The translations under genes were made by a program, and so were the position numbers. A stretch of DNA of 64,000 bases from Octopus bimaculoides (lineage: Eukaryota). The notes beneath the pieces were generated by a model. That model made no database searches and was not told the origin of the DNA. It saw only the letters and a list, made by a program, of their open reading frames with translations. The DNA lies in assembly GCF_001194135.2 (NCBI RefSeq), contig NC_068982.1, forward strand, positions 41,386,366 to 41,450,365. The letters run 5' to 3'. Positions 23,012-37,575 of the stretch are shown here, one piece after another. Every line of letters begins with the position of its first letter. Position 1 is the stretch's first letter.

Positions 23012-26000
23012 GGCTTCGGTACAGTTTCCATCTACCAAATTTTATTCACAAGTAGGTCAAATCAAGCTGAGGTTTTAGTATAGAACATTTTCCAAAAATC
23101 TGCGATGCAAATTTCCTAACTATTATTTTTTAACATTCAAGCAGCTTTAAAAATTTAACAGGCTGTATGGAAACAGACAGGCTATCTTTAAGAGACGAGA
23201 AAAATGAATGTAGACAAATTAGCTTGTGAATTCTAGTAATATTTCGTAGTGAAGGAATCAGTTGAATCAACCTCATTATAATACTGGTACATGTTTCATT
23301 AATCATTGGTTAAGTGCTCTTACCCAATAAATCATTGGGTAAGGGCAGTGTTTAAGAAATCAGCTTCCCAACTACATGATTTTGGGTAGAGTCCTGCTGC
23401 ATGGCACCTTGGACAAGTGCCTTTTATTATAGCTCCAGAGCAACCAAACTTGAGTGAATTTGGTAGACAGAAACTGAAAAAGCCTGTTGCACATGTATGT
23501 ATGTGTATGTTTCTATGCCTTCCAACATATACACACTGTAACAGACTTTAAAAAAAACAAACTTTCACTTTGAATAGAAGGGGAGGACAAAATGGGAGCA
23601 ATGGGCAACAACCTAGTATATAAAAAAGAGACACATTTATGTAATTTAATAGCTTGATCTTGAGAACTATTTAAAAACCAATCAACAAAGATTAATTGTA
23701 TCTTGTAAACAGATTTGTGCCTCAGTTTCTTCTGTAGTTATTTCACTTTGTTTTAAGTTTAACTTTTAAGAGATTGGCATAATGTATTGCATGTGTGTGT
23801 GTGTGTGCGTGTATTATCATTTAATGCCCACTTTTCCATGCTTGTATGGGTCAGAGGGAATTTGTCACCAAGCTAGGTAATATTTTCCCATGATCAGATA
23901 GGTTTTTTTTTTATAGAAAAGACTGGAAACAAACAACCTTACTTGTATGAGGCTGATGCTCATTTCCAATTATCACACAATGTCTAGACAATGGTACAGA
24001 CACACATCACATACCTACACATCTACACATACATACAGGACTGGTTTCTTTCAGTTTCCATCTGCCAATTTCACTCACAAGGCTTTGGTTGGCTTGAGGG
24101 TTATAACAGAAGATACTTGTCCAAGATGTTGCAGAGTTGGACTGAACCCAAGACCACATGGTTGGGAAGCAAGTTTCTTAACCACACAACTATGCCTGAT
24201 AAAGGATGAGATGTTCATAGTTGGAATACTTTCCATCAAACACCTTTTCTGTCAAGAAAAAACAGAAAACAAGAAAAATAAAACAAACAACTTTGGTCCC
24301 TCAATTTATTATGCTATGGTACAAGACTGTGCTTACAAATGTGGTATAATACTGTGTTGATGCAATGGGAAATAACATAGAAACATTACAAAAGAATTTG
24401 TAACAATCAACAATTCATTTACACAGTGAGACATGAATGAATATTGCACATATTTATGGAGTGAATGATATAATTACATGATATAATCAAAGAAATTGAC
24501 TAGAGAATGTAAAGCATTACTCTAGGGAAAGTAACTAACTGTAAATTAATGCAAGCAAACATATTCAATAACAATTCTTTCTACTATAGGCACAAAGCCA
24601 GAAATTTTGGTGAAGTGGGTTAGTTGATTATATCGAGCCCAGTGCTCAACTGGTGCTTATTATTTTACCAAGCCTGAAAGGAGGAAAGACAAAAGTTGAC
24701 CTCAGTGGCATTTGAACTCAGAACCTAAAGCCAGAAGAAATGCTGCTAAGTATTTTGTCTGGCATGCTAATGATTTTGCCAGGTTGCCACCTTCTATATC
24801 ATAATATTCAATAACATAATAAAGCAGAAAAACAAAATGAAGAGCAGAGGAAATGTATTTAATCTCAATTCATAACCATGGTTTCTTTAATTATATTTAA
24901 TTAGAAGAGAAACCAATTCAAAATTTCCCTCAATTTACATTACTAATATCCTTTAAGAGAGTAATTAAGGATTTTAAAAATTTATCATGTTTCATGTTTA
25001 TATACATGAAGACTGTGAAATTGTAAGTAGAAAAAAGAATTAGACACTTGATAAATAAAAATGAAATAATGAAGAACATAGGAAGGATGCTACATATTTG
25101 GGAAGTTTTGTTGCAAGATAAAATGCAACAAGAACAATGAACAGATATTCGTTTGTTTCATATACATACAGTCACATAGCTTATCAGTCCTGGCACCATC
25201 TTAATGTAAGAGATTTTGTAAGAATCTGTCTAAAATGGGAGACAGTTTTTATTGAAATAGTTCATAGAAAGATGAAATAATCTCTTTGAAAGGAACAAGA
25301 TGACTGGGTGCAGCCATTTGAACGCTGATGATCTGGCCTGGCTTGGCCCGGCTGACTGGACAGTCAGCCTGTTTTGGTGACAGTACTTTTTGGCAATGGA
25401 GGCAAACACATGCACATGCATAAATAAATAGATAGATAGAGAGAGAGAGAAAGAGAAAGAGAGAGAAACATTAAAACATCAAATCAGCTACGCCAAAATG
25501 TCTTATACTCGGATTTGAATAATTATTCAAATAAAGGCTTTAATATTTTCTTTTGTTAGTATAGATGAAAACACAGATTTATATCAAAGGGTAGATATTA
25601 AAAATTTTCAGGGCAATCATTAAAGAATATTTACCCTATAGCTGTACTTAGATTTGGAACTGAAATTCTAACACACCAAGTCTCATGGAATGAACAGGTA
25701 AAATAGCTAACTCTTTGCACACAAATACATGACAAAGAAGAAAGCATATTCAAATTTCAGCAACTAACTACAATATTTGACGACTTACAAGGTGTACAAG
25801 TTTATACAGTGCACCTTGATTTTTGACAGTATGACATGCCAATAACCCAGACTCTGACCATCATCATCATCATCATCGTTTAACGTCCGCTTTCCATGCT
25901 AGCATGGGTTGGACGATTTGACTGAGGACTGGGGAAACCGGATGGCAACACCAGGCTCCAATCTAATTTGGCAGAGTTTCTACAGCTGGATGCCCTTCCT

Positions 26001-26481
26001 AACGCCAACCAACCCCGGTCGACTTTCTGGGACCCTTGTGTGTGTGTGTGGAGGAAGAGTTCTCCACTGTATAGTCTGTCAAATAAGATATCTTTGAATA
26101 TAACCTGTTGTTTCTTAATGTATAATTTTTTGGATATTTGGTTTACAGGAGTCCAGCTCACATCTGTAAACATTTTACACTCTCCAACAAGAGCTCTTCA
26201 CATTTTGTTTCTATAATTATAGTGCTATCTGTAGTACAGAACATTCCCAATGGTTTTAACCATTCATCTGAAGAACCAAAATCTCATGAAAGAAAAGGGA
26301 AGTGACAGCAAAAACATGAACACTGAAGTCTGTGAGGGATTATTAATGACAAACAAAAACAAAAAAAAAATGTTGTTTAATAGAAATGGAGAAAATGAAC
26401 TGATATTGTATGTTATATGATACATTTAAAATGGAGATATATGATTTATGTAAAACAGTTTTAGATTCAAATTTACATAAA

Positions 26482-26521
<40 letters not shown>

Positions 26522-27002
26522 AGTTTACAAATCACATTTTTATATTCAGTTTTGGATGTCATTTTGCATCGCAGTAGTGTAAATTGCATGCACATACCCA
26601 CATACACTCATATGTATCACTTAAATAAATTTGAGTCAACAGGAGAGAATGGGAGAATGGGGATCTGATAGTAAGGTCGAATATACTGATGAAAGATGGG
26701 AAAGAGAAGCAATGGATTGCAGACATTTATACATATATATGTAAAAAAAAAATAAAAAAAAAGAAAAAAAAGAAATTATATCACACAATGCAAATTAAGA
26801 TATTGTTCGAATAGAAAGAAAAGGCTGTGGAAATGTGGAAGAAGGCAAACTGTCATTAGACATTTCAGCTAACAGCAATTGCAGAATCAGCCAGGAGAAA
26901 TAAGTGGTGGTGTTGTCATGTTTGTGATTTGAGCAAGGTAGAAGAAAACTACCTCATTTCATAAGGTACAGTACATCGATTATTTTAGGTGAAAGTAAAT
27001 GT

Positions 27003-27071
27003 TCAGACACAGCTCTCAGTCACTGGTGTATTGCAAATACCCATTGGTCGACGGGGAAGTTTGCAAGCAGT
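27003..27071 (-). CDS. ARHGAP19: ARHGAP19-like terminal coding exon (TACKLPRRPMGICNTPVTESCV*)
   Basis: Pyrimidine tract tcttcatttctcttgatag| acceptor in phase 0; TGA at 27005-27003. Confidence 0.68.
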   Translation of the reverse strand, partial: TACKLPRRPMGICNTPVTESCV

Positions 27072-29159
27072 CTATCAAGAGAAATGAAGAGATAGATAAC
27101 AGCCAAACATTTTATTTTGTATAAAAAATTGTTTCTATAGAAATTTATGAATAAAAGAAAATATTGAAAGAAAAAGTAACAAAGTTAATATTTTTATTTA
27201 TCAAGAAAAAAAAAGCAATGTAATACATAATTATCATAAATGTTCATAGTGCAAAAAGTTAACTTGATACATAAAGACAATTACTTTTGAACTTGTGTAT
27301 GAAGATGATCTGGTGCTCATTTAATAAATATATACTATTTTGCTTGAGTCAGTCTCTTGCTATTCTGAATTTCATCATTGGGTGCACAGTCTTCAGGCAT
27401 AACTTGACCAAAATAAAATGTATTATCAATCTCTATTATAGTATTCTTTTTTAACCAACAGTCAACACCAAATGGATACATACATATATCATCATCATTT
27501 AATGTCTTGTCCATGCTGGCATGGGTCGGACGGTTTGACCAGGGCTGGTAAGCTGAAGGACTGTACCAGATTCCAATCTGATTTGGCATGGTTTCTATGG
27601 CTGGATGCTCTTCCTAATGCCAACAGACTCCGAGAGTGTAATGAGTGCTTTTGCGTGCCACTGGTATATGCCATGATTATGATTTCACTTGGCTTGATGG
27701 GTCTTCTTAAGCACAGCATATTGCCAAATCATTTGTCATTACCTCTGTGCGGTCCAATACTCGTAAAGTGCTTTTCAAGTGCCAGTTATGCAACACCAAC
27801 AGTGGCTACAACTATAATTTCACTTGCCTTGATGGCATATCACCAATGGTCTTGATTACTAGTTATTGCCTCTGTGGTTCACACATGAACAAAGTTGTAA
27901 CTTAAGGTCTAAAATCTAAGCACTTGACAAATAGCAATAAAATAATTTTCCCTGCATCTATTTTAGCATTCAGAGAACAGAAAAAATTGTTTAAGATGTT
28001 ATGAACTGATTAAAATGACTAGCAATTGAACTGTATGGAAATTTTTACTATCTTTGCAGAGCATTTACAATTTTTACTGACTATAACCCTCTTATATTAC
28101 ATTTCTTAATATTAACTAGTGTTTAAACCATTAGTGATTAAACTGGCTATACCCAACTCAAATATTCTTCTTGTTTTATGTTCAAACCAGCCAGATCCAA
28201 TCTCTCACACCTATCCTACAATATCATTCTAAAAAGTAAACAACCACATTATTGAAATCTCAAAGCTACAAGATAATGTATGATTAATTCAAAACAATGT
28301 GAATAAATAAGAATTACACTCGACAAAGTAACATGAATACTAAGGGGTTAAGATTTTGACGTGATATTTAACATATATCCTAACAGTGGACTCAGTCTTA
28401 TAATTTTTGCTAATAATTAAAAGACAAAAAAAAAAAACACTATGTTGTTAACTGGGAACACCAAGTATCAAATTCAAAGAATAAGATTAACCATAATGAC
28501 TTAAGACTCATGGTTAATCTATGTGAAAACAAGAGATGATCTGAAGGAGATGTACAATAAATTTGGCCAACTTGTTTCTAATATTGTATTTTGACTATTT
28601 AATCTTATTTTATCACTCTGAAATTATGTTTAAGTGAAGAAATAGAAGATGACAATGTAATGACCTGTAAAGGACCTGGTGTTATATTGACTCAGTTGTT
28701 GCAGCACTTTACAAGTTCACCACCATCATCACTTAGCATTCACTTTTCCATACTGGGCCAAATGGAATTTGTTGAGGTAGAATTTCTACACTTGGATGCC
28801 CTATTAGTAATCAACCATCATTGTTTCCAAGCAAGGTAATATTTCCCCATGACCAGATATGTTTTTCATGGAAGATTGGAAATGAACACCACCACTCGTA
28901 TGATGGTGATGCTCATTTACAACCACCATGTGATGTCAAAGCAAGGGTGTACACAAACACACACGTATATGACAGACTTCTTTTCAGTTCCTGTTGACCA
29001 AATCCATTCAGAAAGCTTTGGTTGGCCTGGGGCAATAGTAGAAGACACTTGCATAAGGTGTGCAATGGCACTGAACCCAAGACCATGAGTTTGGGAAGCA
29101 AGCTTCTCAAAAGCAACACAGCCACGACCCAAGTAGAAAAAAAAAAAGCCCTAACTTAC

Positions 29160-29417
29160 TCTGTAGTGGTTTTTTCGAAATGATGTCATAGGAGTGTAAA
29201 AAGCAAGCTCTTCTATTCCACACTGTGGTGTCGATGATTTTGTTCTTAACTTTTTGATATCATTAGCCAAGTAGCTAATCTCATTCTCAATGGATGGAAC
29301 TGTTTCTGTGATTTTATCTTTATTTTCTTCAGATTCATCACTCTTCCGCTTCCTAGTATTCTTCACAGTGACCGATGATTCATGGAGGTCTACCACATGA
29401 ACAAGTGGACTCCCAGT
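29160..29417 (-). CDS. ARHGAP19: ARHGAP19-like exon (TGSPLVHVVDLHESSVTVKNTRKRKSDE...TPMTSFRKNHYR)
   Basis: cctcttag/gtaagt boundaries; 258 nt, phase 0/0, open. Confidence 0.8.
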
Positions 29418-29884
29418 CTAAGAGGAAAACAAAGATGACAAACAAGAGTTTTGAGATTACAAGACTTCACATAATAATTTTAAACTAATCAATACAAAGA
29501 AAATATAGATGCTTATAATTCGTGTTTGGAAAAATTTTATTGATATATTGCTGAAGTAATAATTTCTGTGACAATTATGACTTGCACAAACGTATTGTAA
29601 GTGTAAATAAATAAAATATTGTCAACATCATAAGAATCTGTAAACTTTTGAGAAAATGTGAAATAAACCTCCCCCCACTTTTTTGGAACAGTGGATCTCA
29701 AATTTGAAGACTGTTTTGACTGTCTTTCCAAGGCCTTACTACTGGACGCAGTTTAAAGCCATATACAGGACAAAGATTATATATAGTTATTCTTAGTAGC
29801 ATAACTAATTTACCTGCATTGCTAGTGATATGATAGTTTATATATAGCTATCATATAATTAGTAATGCACAGAAATTATACTAC

Positions 29885-29918
<34 letters not shown>

Positions 29919-30226
29919 CAGTTTTAACACTGCTGCAATCAATTTATGCTTTTCATCCTTCTGTTGGTATAGATTAAACATCAACTAAGTACTGAGCTGA
30001 TCCTTCTCCACAACTTTCAAAATCAGTAACACTGAACTATGAGAAGGTAGAGAAAGAGGTGGTGGAGGCTTACACAGCATCCCTTTCTCCAGAAATGAAG
30101 AAGGAATTAACGGCCTCTTCTCACAGAAAAAATTGATAGATGTGCAACACAGTTGTGCAATACATTACAGAATTAAAAGGAAAAGTCAACATTAACAGAT
30201 CTAAGGTACTTCTACAGAGTACTCAC

Positions 30227-30358
30227 CTCACTGTGTAAGACAGTGTCAAAATCAAGCTTCTTTTTCAGTAGAGAGCTTGGTGGTTCAGGAATTAATGTGT
30301 CATCCAGTGTTTGACAAGAAGATTCTGTTGTATTCTTTGTACTGTAGTCAGTAAACGT
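30227..30358 (-). CDS. ARHGAP19: ARHGAP19-like exon (TFTDYSTKNTTESSCQTLDDTLIPEPPSSLLKKKLDFDTVLHSE)
   Basis: ttgtag/gtgagt boundaries; 132 nt, phase 0/0, open; not in the ORF track. Confidence 0.72.
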
Positions 30359-30608
30359 CTACAATTTATAGAGATAAATTAAATAAGAAATGAACATTAT
30401 TCAAGCTTGAAGATACAAAATGTAATTAGATTAATTTCTTTCAAAATTCAAAAAAAAATATATATATATATATATATAGTGTACAGCATGCTCGTTTTTA
30501 AATTGTGTGTGTGTGTATGCACATGTGAATGTGTCCTGATGTTGAAATTCTGCCTCAACAAATTCCATCCGACCCATGAAAGGAGGGTAAATTGGATGGT
30601 ATAATGAT

Positions 30609-30648
<40 letters not shown>

Positions 30649-30729
30649 AGTATAAAACTTTTAAAGCATAAAGAAAATCAATTAAAAAAAAAGCCAAAAT
30701 ACTGCATTACTTAAATAAAATGAGCTTAC

Positions 30730-30915
30730 TGGCTTGTAAGTTGAATTCAAGCAACATGAGGCCACCTCTTCACGTCTTAAATTATTAACAACTGAACTCC
30801 ATGCAAAAGGGGTGGTCTCTTTATTTTTCCCTTTGTTATACTTGAAAACTGAGTTGGAGCCATAGAAATAGGATTCCCCATCTCTCTGTCTGTTTCTCAT
30901 TCGAGGCAAATGTCT
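30730..30915 (-). CDS. ARHGAP19: ARHGAP19-like exon (RHLPRMRNRQRDGESYFYG...CCLNSTYKP)
   Basis: ttatag/gtaagc boundaries; 186 nt, phase 0/0, open. Confidence 0.78.
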
Positions 30916-31995
30916 CTATAAAATGCAACAAATTGAAGAGTAATTCAAATAACATAGCTTAGAAAAACTGCTGTCTATCAAAGAAGATTGTAATCAATCA
31001 ATACATAGATCTAGCTGGAAGTATCTTCTATGTCTGAGACATGCTAATTAATTAACCAGGAAACTGTAGAAACAATTTGGTAATTCTAGTTGTATTGGTT
31101 AATAAAATTAACTAGATCTTCGCAACAATTCTAGGTAATTTTCTTTTAATATAGAACTCCCATCCTCTATATCTTCTCTCCAATCACTTGAAAACAAATT
31201 AAACTAAATATGAATCAGAAACACAATTCCCACTTAAAAAACAATTAAGTAATGTAGTTTTCATATATTAAATATTGGGACTGATAAAGATAGGGGCTGG
31301 TAGAATTTTTATCCTGCCAGACAAAATGATTAGCAGCATTTTTTCCCGCTTTACGTTCTAAATTCAAATTCTGCCAAGGCTGATTTGTGTTTACATCCTT
31401 TTGGGCTTGATAAAATAAGTACCTGTTGATATAAACAACTTGCCCACTCCTGCAAAATTTCAGGACTTGTGCCTACCATACAAAGTTAACAAGAAATAAA
31501 TATGCACAGAGAAGAAAATAAACAATCTAAATGAATGAATAAACAAAAAAATATTTTGCTCTTACTCAGATGTCCCTAGTAAAGCATAGTTTCTCAAACT
31601 TTTGAGTATAGATGAATAAATCCTTAATATATAAGATTTAAAAAAAATTTATACACTGTGATTCCTCACTACTCTGACAATTATGGGAAGGTTATGCTTT
31701 GCTGAATAAAACTGAAATACATTTTGAGTTGTGTCTGTACTTGCCCAAATGTAAAAAAAAACCCTAAAATTTGTCATCAACTATTCCTTGCTCCCATCAA
31801 ATTTTTATCTTCTCAGTGAATGACTTACTCGAATTAAGATATATAATAAATGAAATAATAATGATGATTCAAGGTTTATATGGTTGCAAGAACGACAATT
31901 CAGTCTTGACACTCATCAACATTAATAATCAAAACAACAGACAAAACACTATGAATGTAAAACAAAGCCGAGTTTCAGAAAAGTATTGTACGTAC

Positions 31996-32142
31996 CATGA
32001 TGCTTTCACCTAAACCAAAAGTCCGACTCCGGGTTTGACGCCCTGTTGACCTGATTGATTGACTGACCCGTTGATAGATACTGAGATTCTCTTTGCTTGA
32101 GCGAGAAACTGAATCTAAATTTGTATGGTTAGCTTTGGCGAA
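31996..32142 (-). CDS. ARHGAP19: ARHGAP19-like exon (FAKANHTN...SKENLS...RQTRSRTFGLGESIM)
   Basis: 147 nt, phase 0/0; RSRTF corresponds to human RARSRSFS. Confidence 0.85.
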
Positions 32143-32765
32143 CTTCAAAAGAATAGGGAAAAGACAGAGATAAATTCACTAAATCACAAGGTGAGAAAGA
32201 GTGAATAGAAATTAATAATTGATTAACTGTTATTGATGTACAAGAAAAAAAAACAAAAAAAAATGTTATGAAGTAATGGAGTACAAAGATTTACAACACC
32301 AGTCAAGAAATAGAAAACATTGCACATTTTAGTTGCAAAGTGCTAAAATACAATATTTTGCAGAACAGGGACAATTGAAAACAGAAACTATAAATAATGA
32401 AATGGAAAAAAGAGCAGATCAATGAAAGAATTATGAAGCAAGAGAAGATAAGCAAATTATATGGCAAGGTAAGTGGAATCTAAACCAATAAAACAACACA
32501 AAATGGCAAGTGAAGAAAGGATATTAAAAGTTAAAATAGAAAGAAAAAAGAAAAAAAAGAAGCTAACATTGCAGTGAGGTGCAGAGTTAGAATAAGCCTA
32601 TGCAGAAGCTCAAGTTTTAAGAATGTCTTAGAAATATGTCCTTGATGAATATTAGAAGAATGCTGTATAGCAGTTTGAAACAGGTACTAAATGCAGAAGA
32701 TTTTGCAGTTGTAGAAGCTGGAAAAGAATAGGACATGAACTATTGGATATGTAACTTTAACTTGC

Positions 32766-32809
<44 letters not shown>

Positions 32810-33029
32810 ACATTAAATGCATTTCGTTAATGTGTGTAAGAAGCATCTGTAATGATAAGATGCAGTAAGAAGTGGTATAGGAAATCAAAGGAAGGCATAG
32901 AATGAAGTGGTGAGATCTGGTCTGAGGATGTTGGGTTCCACACAGATGATGCAGGATTATGAAAAATGATGATATGCCATGCTGCAGATCCGTCTAACAG
33001 ATATAAACATTTTCTTTTCAAACAGCTAA

Positions 33030-33275
33030 CGGTCCATTCACCAATGTATTTTCTCCATCCACTATTCAGGTGAAGGTTGTTGGGGTAGAGTCCCAAGGTA
33101 CTTTCTCCATAGGGCCCTATCAAAAGCAACTCTCATTAGACTTTCTGGCTGAATTTCCAAGGATGGCCAACAGACTATGGATATTATCCAACCATTTCAT
33201 TCCTGGTTGACCCCTTGGTTTCCTGCCAGGTGGTTTGGCTTGAAGAACCTGTCTTGCTTGCTCACAGCCAACGGT
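33030..33275 (-). mobile_element. RTE-type LINE 3'-terminal fragment
   Basis: Minus-strand ARQVLQAKPPGRKPRGQPGMKWLDNI...RVAFDRALWRKYLGTLPQQP*, typical of an RTE ORF C-terminus. Confidence 0.6.
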
Positions 33276-34245
33276 AATGATTAAAGCATTCAAATAATGC
33301 TTGTTTATTTTTCCATATATTTATGGCTTATTTTTCTCATTTATTCTGTCAGCACAAGCTATTTGGAATCCAATTCAACTATTTCATTCTGTATTCCACC
33401 ACACAACAAAGGTCAACACAGTCTGGCTTTAATTATTTTATGGTGTATGGATGACAGAAACTTTGAGCTTCAGACAAAACACTGTGGCATTTGGGGATGC
33501 TCTTTTATGTTCTGAATTCATATCCTGCCCAAGTCAATAAGATAAAAAACCAGTCAATGTAATCAACTAGAAGGCAGTAACCCAGCATAACCAAAGTCCA
33601 AAGACTGATATCAGTAAAAAGATCAACATGTGATAAAACCTTCCTCTCCAGTGAATTACTTTCAAATAAAATGAAAGCATGCAGCAATCCCAAGAAAACT
33701 ATTGAAGTAGAAACAAGTTGTAGGATTGTTGTAAATACTGGGTCAACTCAAAGACCACATCATATTTCAATGGGAATAAAAAGAGTATCAGAAACAAATC
33801 TAGAAAGTTATTGAATAAAAGTGAAGTATATTAATAACACTAAATTTGCTACATTAAAGGATTATTGTTAGAATACATTTATAAACAAAATTACAACACT
33901 AAAGTTTCTACAGATATTTACTACACATGCTTGAAGAAGCCACTAAAACCTAATTAAGCAGGCTTAATGCAGTAAATAACCATAAATCAAGTTTTAAAAT
34001 TTAGAAGATATTTCAAGAAATGAAATCATTCACAGCCTACAAATTAAGAAGCAAAACTAATGCATAATGCTAGAATTTACTTCCTAAATTCATTATCACG
34101 TTTACGAAGGCATTCAAGACCAACAGTCAGAAATGTTAGGTAAGAAAAAAAAAAATTAAAAGTGGAGCAGGCAAGAGGGAACACAAAGTAATTTTTTTTT
34201 TATGAATTACATCATCTTCCTCAGAATCAAAGGCAACTAAAGTAC

Positions 34246-34398
34246 CTGCTTTAACAACTTCCTTTTCTTGGCAGTGTTCGGCATTGATTGAATGTGGTTG
34301 TATAGTTTTGCCATCTCAGTCTGCGTTACATCTTCACTGCCTAAATTGCGGTCAGCAAAATTCACACAAGTGTTCACTGCATCATCACTTGTTGCCTT
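34246..34398 (-). CDS. ARHGAP19: ARHGAP19-like exon (KATSDDAVNTCVNF...TEMAKLYNHIQSMPNTAKKRKLLKQ)
   Basis: Matches human TEEALRELFQHVHDMPESAKKKQLIRQ; 153 nt, phase 0/0. Confidence 0.9.
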
Positions 34399-37300
34399 CT
34401 AAATCAAAGAATGGGGATTGAATATGGACCATTATGGATCAAAAGTAACTTCAAAATGAAAGATTTTTTTTTTCAGTATTAGAAGTAAACTATAACTCTA
34501 GTAGAGTTGCTAAAAGACTAAGCAGTAATTCTATCATGAGTGCTAAGAGAAATAAAATCACACTTTGTAAATAATTCTATCTCTTTGACTTTGCTTACCA
34601 ACCCTTCAAGGTTGGTCAAACAAGTGTCAATGACACACAGAGTACAACAAATTCAATATTCTTTCATTTCACAATAAAAGGATGTACAAGAACATATAAA
34701 AGCTAAAGAAAACTGCACTAATATAAAACAGATTTTAAATCAACACTCTCTGAATGTTCTATTGAATAGGTCTAAGGTAATCTGAAAAGTTAATAGTGAT
34801 ACTTGGTGATAGTATTACTAAGTAGATACTGGTATCAAGGTTAGTGAAATAAAAAAAAAAGTCAGGATTTGAGCCAGGCTCCAAAATGATGGTGGTGATG
34901 GTGTAGTTGGTGGGTTTAATTTTGATTACATTGAAGAATGTGTGGAGAAACTGGTATGAGAAACATTGTGTAAATATATAACATCTTGTTAAAGACGTTT
35001 GGCAATAAAGATGATCCATGGTTACTATATTCACAAGTAATAGAGCAAAAACCTCTTGTGTGCAACAAAGCCAGGAAGAAAAGCAATGATAAAAGCACAA
35101 AATATTATGTATGTATGTGTACGAATTACATAAATTGCTAAACACTGTTTCCAATTAGGGAAAAAGTACTTAATACATTGTAGAGTGTGTAGATTTTATT
35201 AGGAACCAAAGCTACTTCAATTATAACGGTGAGTTACACCTTACTAATTATTTGAACGATTGAAGTACGTAAGCAGTGTGGCAATATACAAGCAAAAGTA
35301 TTTGTAATTATGATTTGCAATATGATTGGTCAGCAGTACATCAAGATCTAATATTGACTATTGATGAAGTTAGAAAATGTGCTATACACATATCTAATCA
35401 ATTGCCATGTGCAGAATGTGATATTTTCATCTATTCAAGAAAAAAAAATATGAAGCTTTCATGTCTTCAGTATTACATTTGTAAGCAGACATAAGCAAGA
35501 GAGCTATTTTCACTAAAGTTTTGGTGTCGATGAACAAAATAATTTAAAAAGAAGAAAATTATATGACAAATCCACCATATAGGAAATAAACTATTTCAAC
35601 CAGTTAGTAGTTGGGAAACCATTAGAGGTTAGCAATGAGAATAGTTGCAAGATTTCACTAGTGATAAAAGATTCAACCTCTCTGAGACAGAGATCACGTC
35701 TTCAAGAACCATTACTAAGGAGTGTGTTCTAGCATGGACCAATCTATTTTACAATTGTTAATAGTATCATTTAAACTCCAGCTATATTAGGAAAGACTTC
35801 TGAATGTTTGAATGTCATACAATGTAAAAATCTTTCTTAAAGCTGTTTGGTTACCAACATACTCCAGACCACTTTTCATTTCATTTTTCAAATGGTTACA
35901 TTAAAAAAAAAAAAACCTTCCATCATAATTTCAGGTAGCTTAGTAATAATAATATTAGTTATTTTTACCAAATCTCTTTAAATTCTTGATCATTTTCAAA
36001 CCTAATTGAAACCAGTGAACAGTGAATTTCATTAAATATATAGTCAGGAGAGGGTTAGAGAGATTTTCAGTAAGTCCTATATACCATTTTGTTCCATAGT
36101 TATCTGCAGAAAAGCTTTAAAACTAATACATTACTGTCACTCCATCAGTTATGATGACAAAAATTCCGGTTGATCCAATCAATAGAAAACTTTGCTTGTG
36201 AAATTAATGTGCAAGTGGTTGAGCACTCCATGGACATGCACATCCTTAGGGTGGCACAAAATGTGACATGGCTGATCCTATGAGTTACAAGTATAACTCA
36301 TTTTTGTCAACTGAGTGGACTGGAGCAACAGGGAATAAAATGTCTTGTTCAAGAATATGACACACCATTGGGAATCGATCTCATGGCTTTATGATCGCAA
36401 ACCAAATACTCTGACCACTAAGCCACACACCACTGAAAGGGTAGATATTAGGGTTGTTGAAATTACACAGAGTTTTGCAATATTTCTATTTGTATTGGTT
36501 ATGGAGGTAGTGAAGATTTTGGTAAAAGTGTGGCTAATGGTGACACTATATAAAAGAAAAAAAATCTTGTATTTATGGATAATTATACTGTTCTGTCTGT
36601 GATGCATTCTATCTTCTACGTTTTCAAATATTTTTACCTATGTATTGTTATGCTGCTTCCTACTTCAATTGTTAAAGTGAAACTCAAACTTACAATTCAA
36701 GAAACTTCAAATTCCAATAGTAATAATTCCTATATACATACATATATATATATTTGTCACAACTCAATAAAAACAGCATTGAAAAAAAAAAAAAGGAAGC
36801 AAAAAGATGAAGTAAAGCAAAGGAAAAATAACATTTCCTTGCCATATTAAACTGGAGAAAAAAATCTTGAAAGATTTTTCATCCATAAATATCTAAAAAT
36901 TCTCAATAAAACCCCAAACCTCAAGGTACCAAACAGATGAGGTGCAAGCTTCCATAAATTTTCCTCACCATTAAGGCAGCCCTAAATAGGCAAATCATGT
37001 GTTACAAAATATAATGGAATAAAGAAAAAAAATGTAGATAGGTGCAGGTAAGACTGTATGGTAAGAAGTTTGCTTTCCAACAACATAGTTCTGGGTTCAG
37101 TCCCACTACATGGCACCTTGGACAAGTGTCTTCTACTGCAGCCCTGGGCCAACCAAAGCCTTGTGAACGGATTTGGTAGATGGAAACTGAAAGAAGCCTG
37201 TCATATATATGAGTGTGAGTGTGTGCGTGTTTGCTCCAATCCACTGGCAATTGGTGTTGGTTTGTTTATGTCCCTGTAACCAATGGAATAAGTACCCGTC

Positions 37301-37575
37301 TTTAACTGAGCTTTATTCATTCAACTAAAACCCTACAAAGTGGTACCCCAGCATGGTCACAGTTCAACAGTACAACATATCTAGTATTGCTTGAAATCAA
37401 AATCAATAACCTAGTTAACCAATCAGGAGAATGTTAGTTGGTACATCATATGGCTGCGATTCAAATTGCTACACTTGCTAATCGTGACAGCAGTAGGAGG
37501 AAAATAATCTAATGTTGAAATCAGAATTATAGAGCAAGAGTTTATACTAAAGTTGATCTATAATTTTATACAAAC

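Noticed and set aside
25230-25421. Alternative terminal exon of ARHGAP19
   Set aside because: The acceptor is poor; the exon at 27071-27003 has a better pyrimidine tract and the correct phase.
29995-30135. Protein-like open frame on + (LNYEKVEKEVVEAYTASLSPEMKKELT)
   Set aside because: It is short, bounded by stops, lacks a start or splice context, and has no recognisable homology.
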